Part shown: positions 16,547 through 17,683 of the stretch, one piece after another | How the letters are laid out: each line of letters opens with the position of its first letter | How positions within the stretch are numbered: the first letter of the stretch is position 1 | Source of the DNA: an uncultured Deferribacteres bacterium | GTDB lineage: Bacteria > Zhuqueibacterota > Zhuqueibacteria > Zhuqueibacterales > Geothermadaptataceae | Direction: 5' to 3' | DNA: 17,683 nucleotides | Assembly (NCBI GenBank): GCA_964014485.1 | Contig: CAXHAT010000163.1 | Location: 1-17,683 of the forward strand | Made by a program: the position numbers and the translations under genes | The notes under the pieces: generated by a model | What the model was told of the DNA's origin: nothing | The model's input: the letters and a program-made list of their open reading frames with translations, nothing else | Database searches by the model: none

Positions 16547-17638
16547 ATGGCTGTCTTAACAAAAACAACCACTTGCATCATGGATTGCCCGGATACGTGC
16601 GAGTTGAGCGTCGAAGTCACGGATGACAAAATTTCAAAAATATCAGCGGCGAAAAACGGCCACCCCAACACCAATGGCTTTATCTGCAACAAGGTTTCGC
16701 GCTATGGTGAACGGGTCTATCACAAAGACCGCGTTCGTTACCCGATGCGCAGAGTCGGTGCAAAAGGCGAGGGGCGATTTGAGCGCGTGAGTTGGGATGA
16801 AGCGATTGCGCAAATCGTCGATAATTTTCAGCAAACCAAAGCGCGCTGGGGCGGCGAGGCTATTTTGCCCTACCATTACGGGGGCTCAAACGGCCTGCTG
16901 GGCGATTCGTTCATCGATCATTATTTCTTCGCAAAACTTGGCGCGTCCAAATTAGCGAAGACAATTTGCGCCGTTCCAACAACGACGGTCGCAACGGAAA
17001 TGTACGGAAAAATGCCCGGCGTCGCCTTCGAAGATTATCCCGCGGCGAAGTGCATCATCGTTTGGGGCGCCAACCCGAAAGCGTCCAACATTCATCTCAC
17101 GCCTTACTTAAAGCAAGCAAAGAAAAACGGCGCTTTTATCGCCGTCGTCGATCCGAAGAAAAACTTCTCCAACCGTGAGGCTGACCTGCATTTGCCGGTT
17201 TATCCCGGCGCGGATTTGCCGCTGGCGTTGGCCATGATCAATTTTTGGCGCGACCGCGATTTAATAGATTATTCCTTTCTGGAAAACCACGCTGAAGACT
17301 ATGAACCGCTTCTCGAAGCTTCCCGCGAATGGACGCTGGAAAAGGCCGCAAAAGTCGCGCATGTTTCCGCCGACGCAATCAAGAAACTGGCGACGGTTTA
17401 TGCCAAAACTTCACCGGCGGTGATGCGTTGCGGCTGGGGCGTTGAAAGAAATCAAAACGGCGGACGCGCGGTCGCGGCGATTATGGCAATGCCTGCGCTG
17501 CTGGGCAAATTTGGCGTGCAAGGCGGCGGCTATACCATGAGCAACAGCGGCGCGGTCGATCTCAAAACCGATAAAATCTTCGGGGATTTCGAGTGGAACA
17601 CGCGCGAATTCAACATGACGCAATTGGGTGCGCAATTG
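16547..17638 (+). CDS. Molybdopterin oxidoreductase (DMSO reductase family) catalytic subunit, 3'-truncated
   Basis: 4Fe-4S motif CIMDCPDTC...GFICNK, R..YPMRR.G.KGEG.F.RVSWDEA, TIC (putative Mo ligand), WGANP, VVDP, PGAD..LA. AGGAGG RBS. No Tat signal visible. Interrupted by adapter sequence. Confidence 0.92.
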
Positions 17639-17683
17639 CTGTCTCTTATACACATCTGACGCTGCCGACGAGCTTCTTGGTGT
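17639..17683 (+). other. Illumina Nextera adapter read-through (sequencing artifact)
   Basis: CTGTCTCTTATACACATCT (Tn5 mosaic end, 17639-17657) + GACGCTGCCGACGA (17658-17671) + 8-nt index GCTTCTTG + GTGT (start of the P5 complement). Confidence 0.98.

Noticed and set aside
17639..17657. Tn5/IS50 transposon end
   Set aside because: It is followed by Illumina primer and index sequence, so it is a library artifact.

Overview
Bacterial chromosomal window, probably an FCB-group lineage such as KSB1/Calditrichota (inferred from a secreted protein ending in a 'FALHQNFPNPFNPNTTI..' FlgD-Ig/T9SS-like tail). Left to right it contains metH, a VapBC-type toxin-antitoxin pair, and a minus-strand run: small lipoprotein, secreted GH18/FnIII protein, esterase, proline-racemase-family Cys/Thr enzyme, NSAR/OSBS-type enolase-superfamily enzyme, D-aminoacylase and MnaT/Pat-like GNAT. 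These are followed by a STAS protein with a sigma54-type promoter, an HExxH hypothetical protein, a Cys/Met PLP enzyme and a molybdopterin oxidoreductase cut off by an untrimmed Nextera adapter. Intergenic regions hold several REP-like palindromes. The most interesting candidate system is GNAT + N-acylamino-acid racemase + D-aminoacylase. It mirrors the known D-to-L succinylase pathway and could drive L-to-D amino acid conversion, linked to a 3-hydroxyproline dehydratase-type gene. The second is a 72-aa lipoprotein carrying a copy of the N-terminal motif of the GH18 it is coupled to. All family calls come from motifs recognised by eye; no searches were run.
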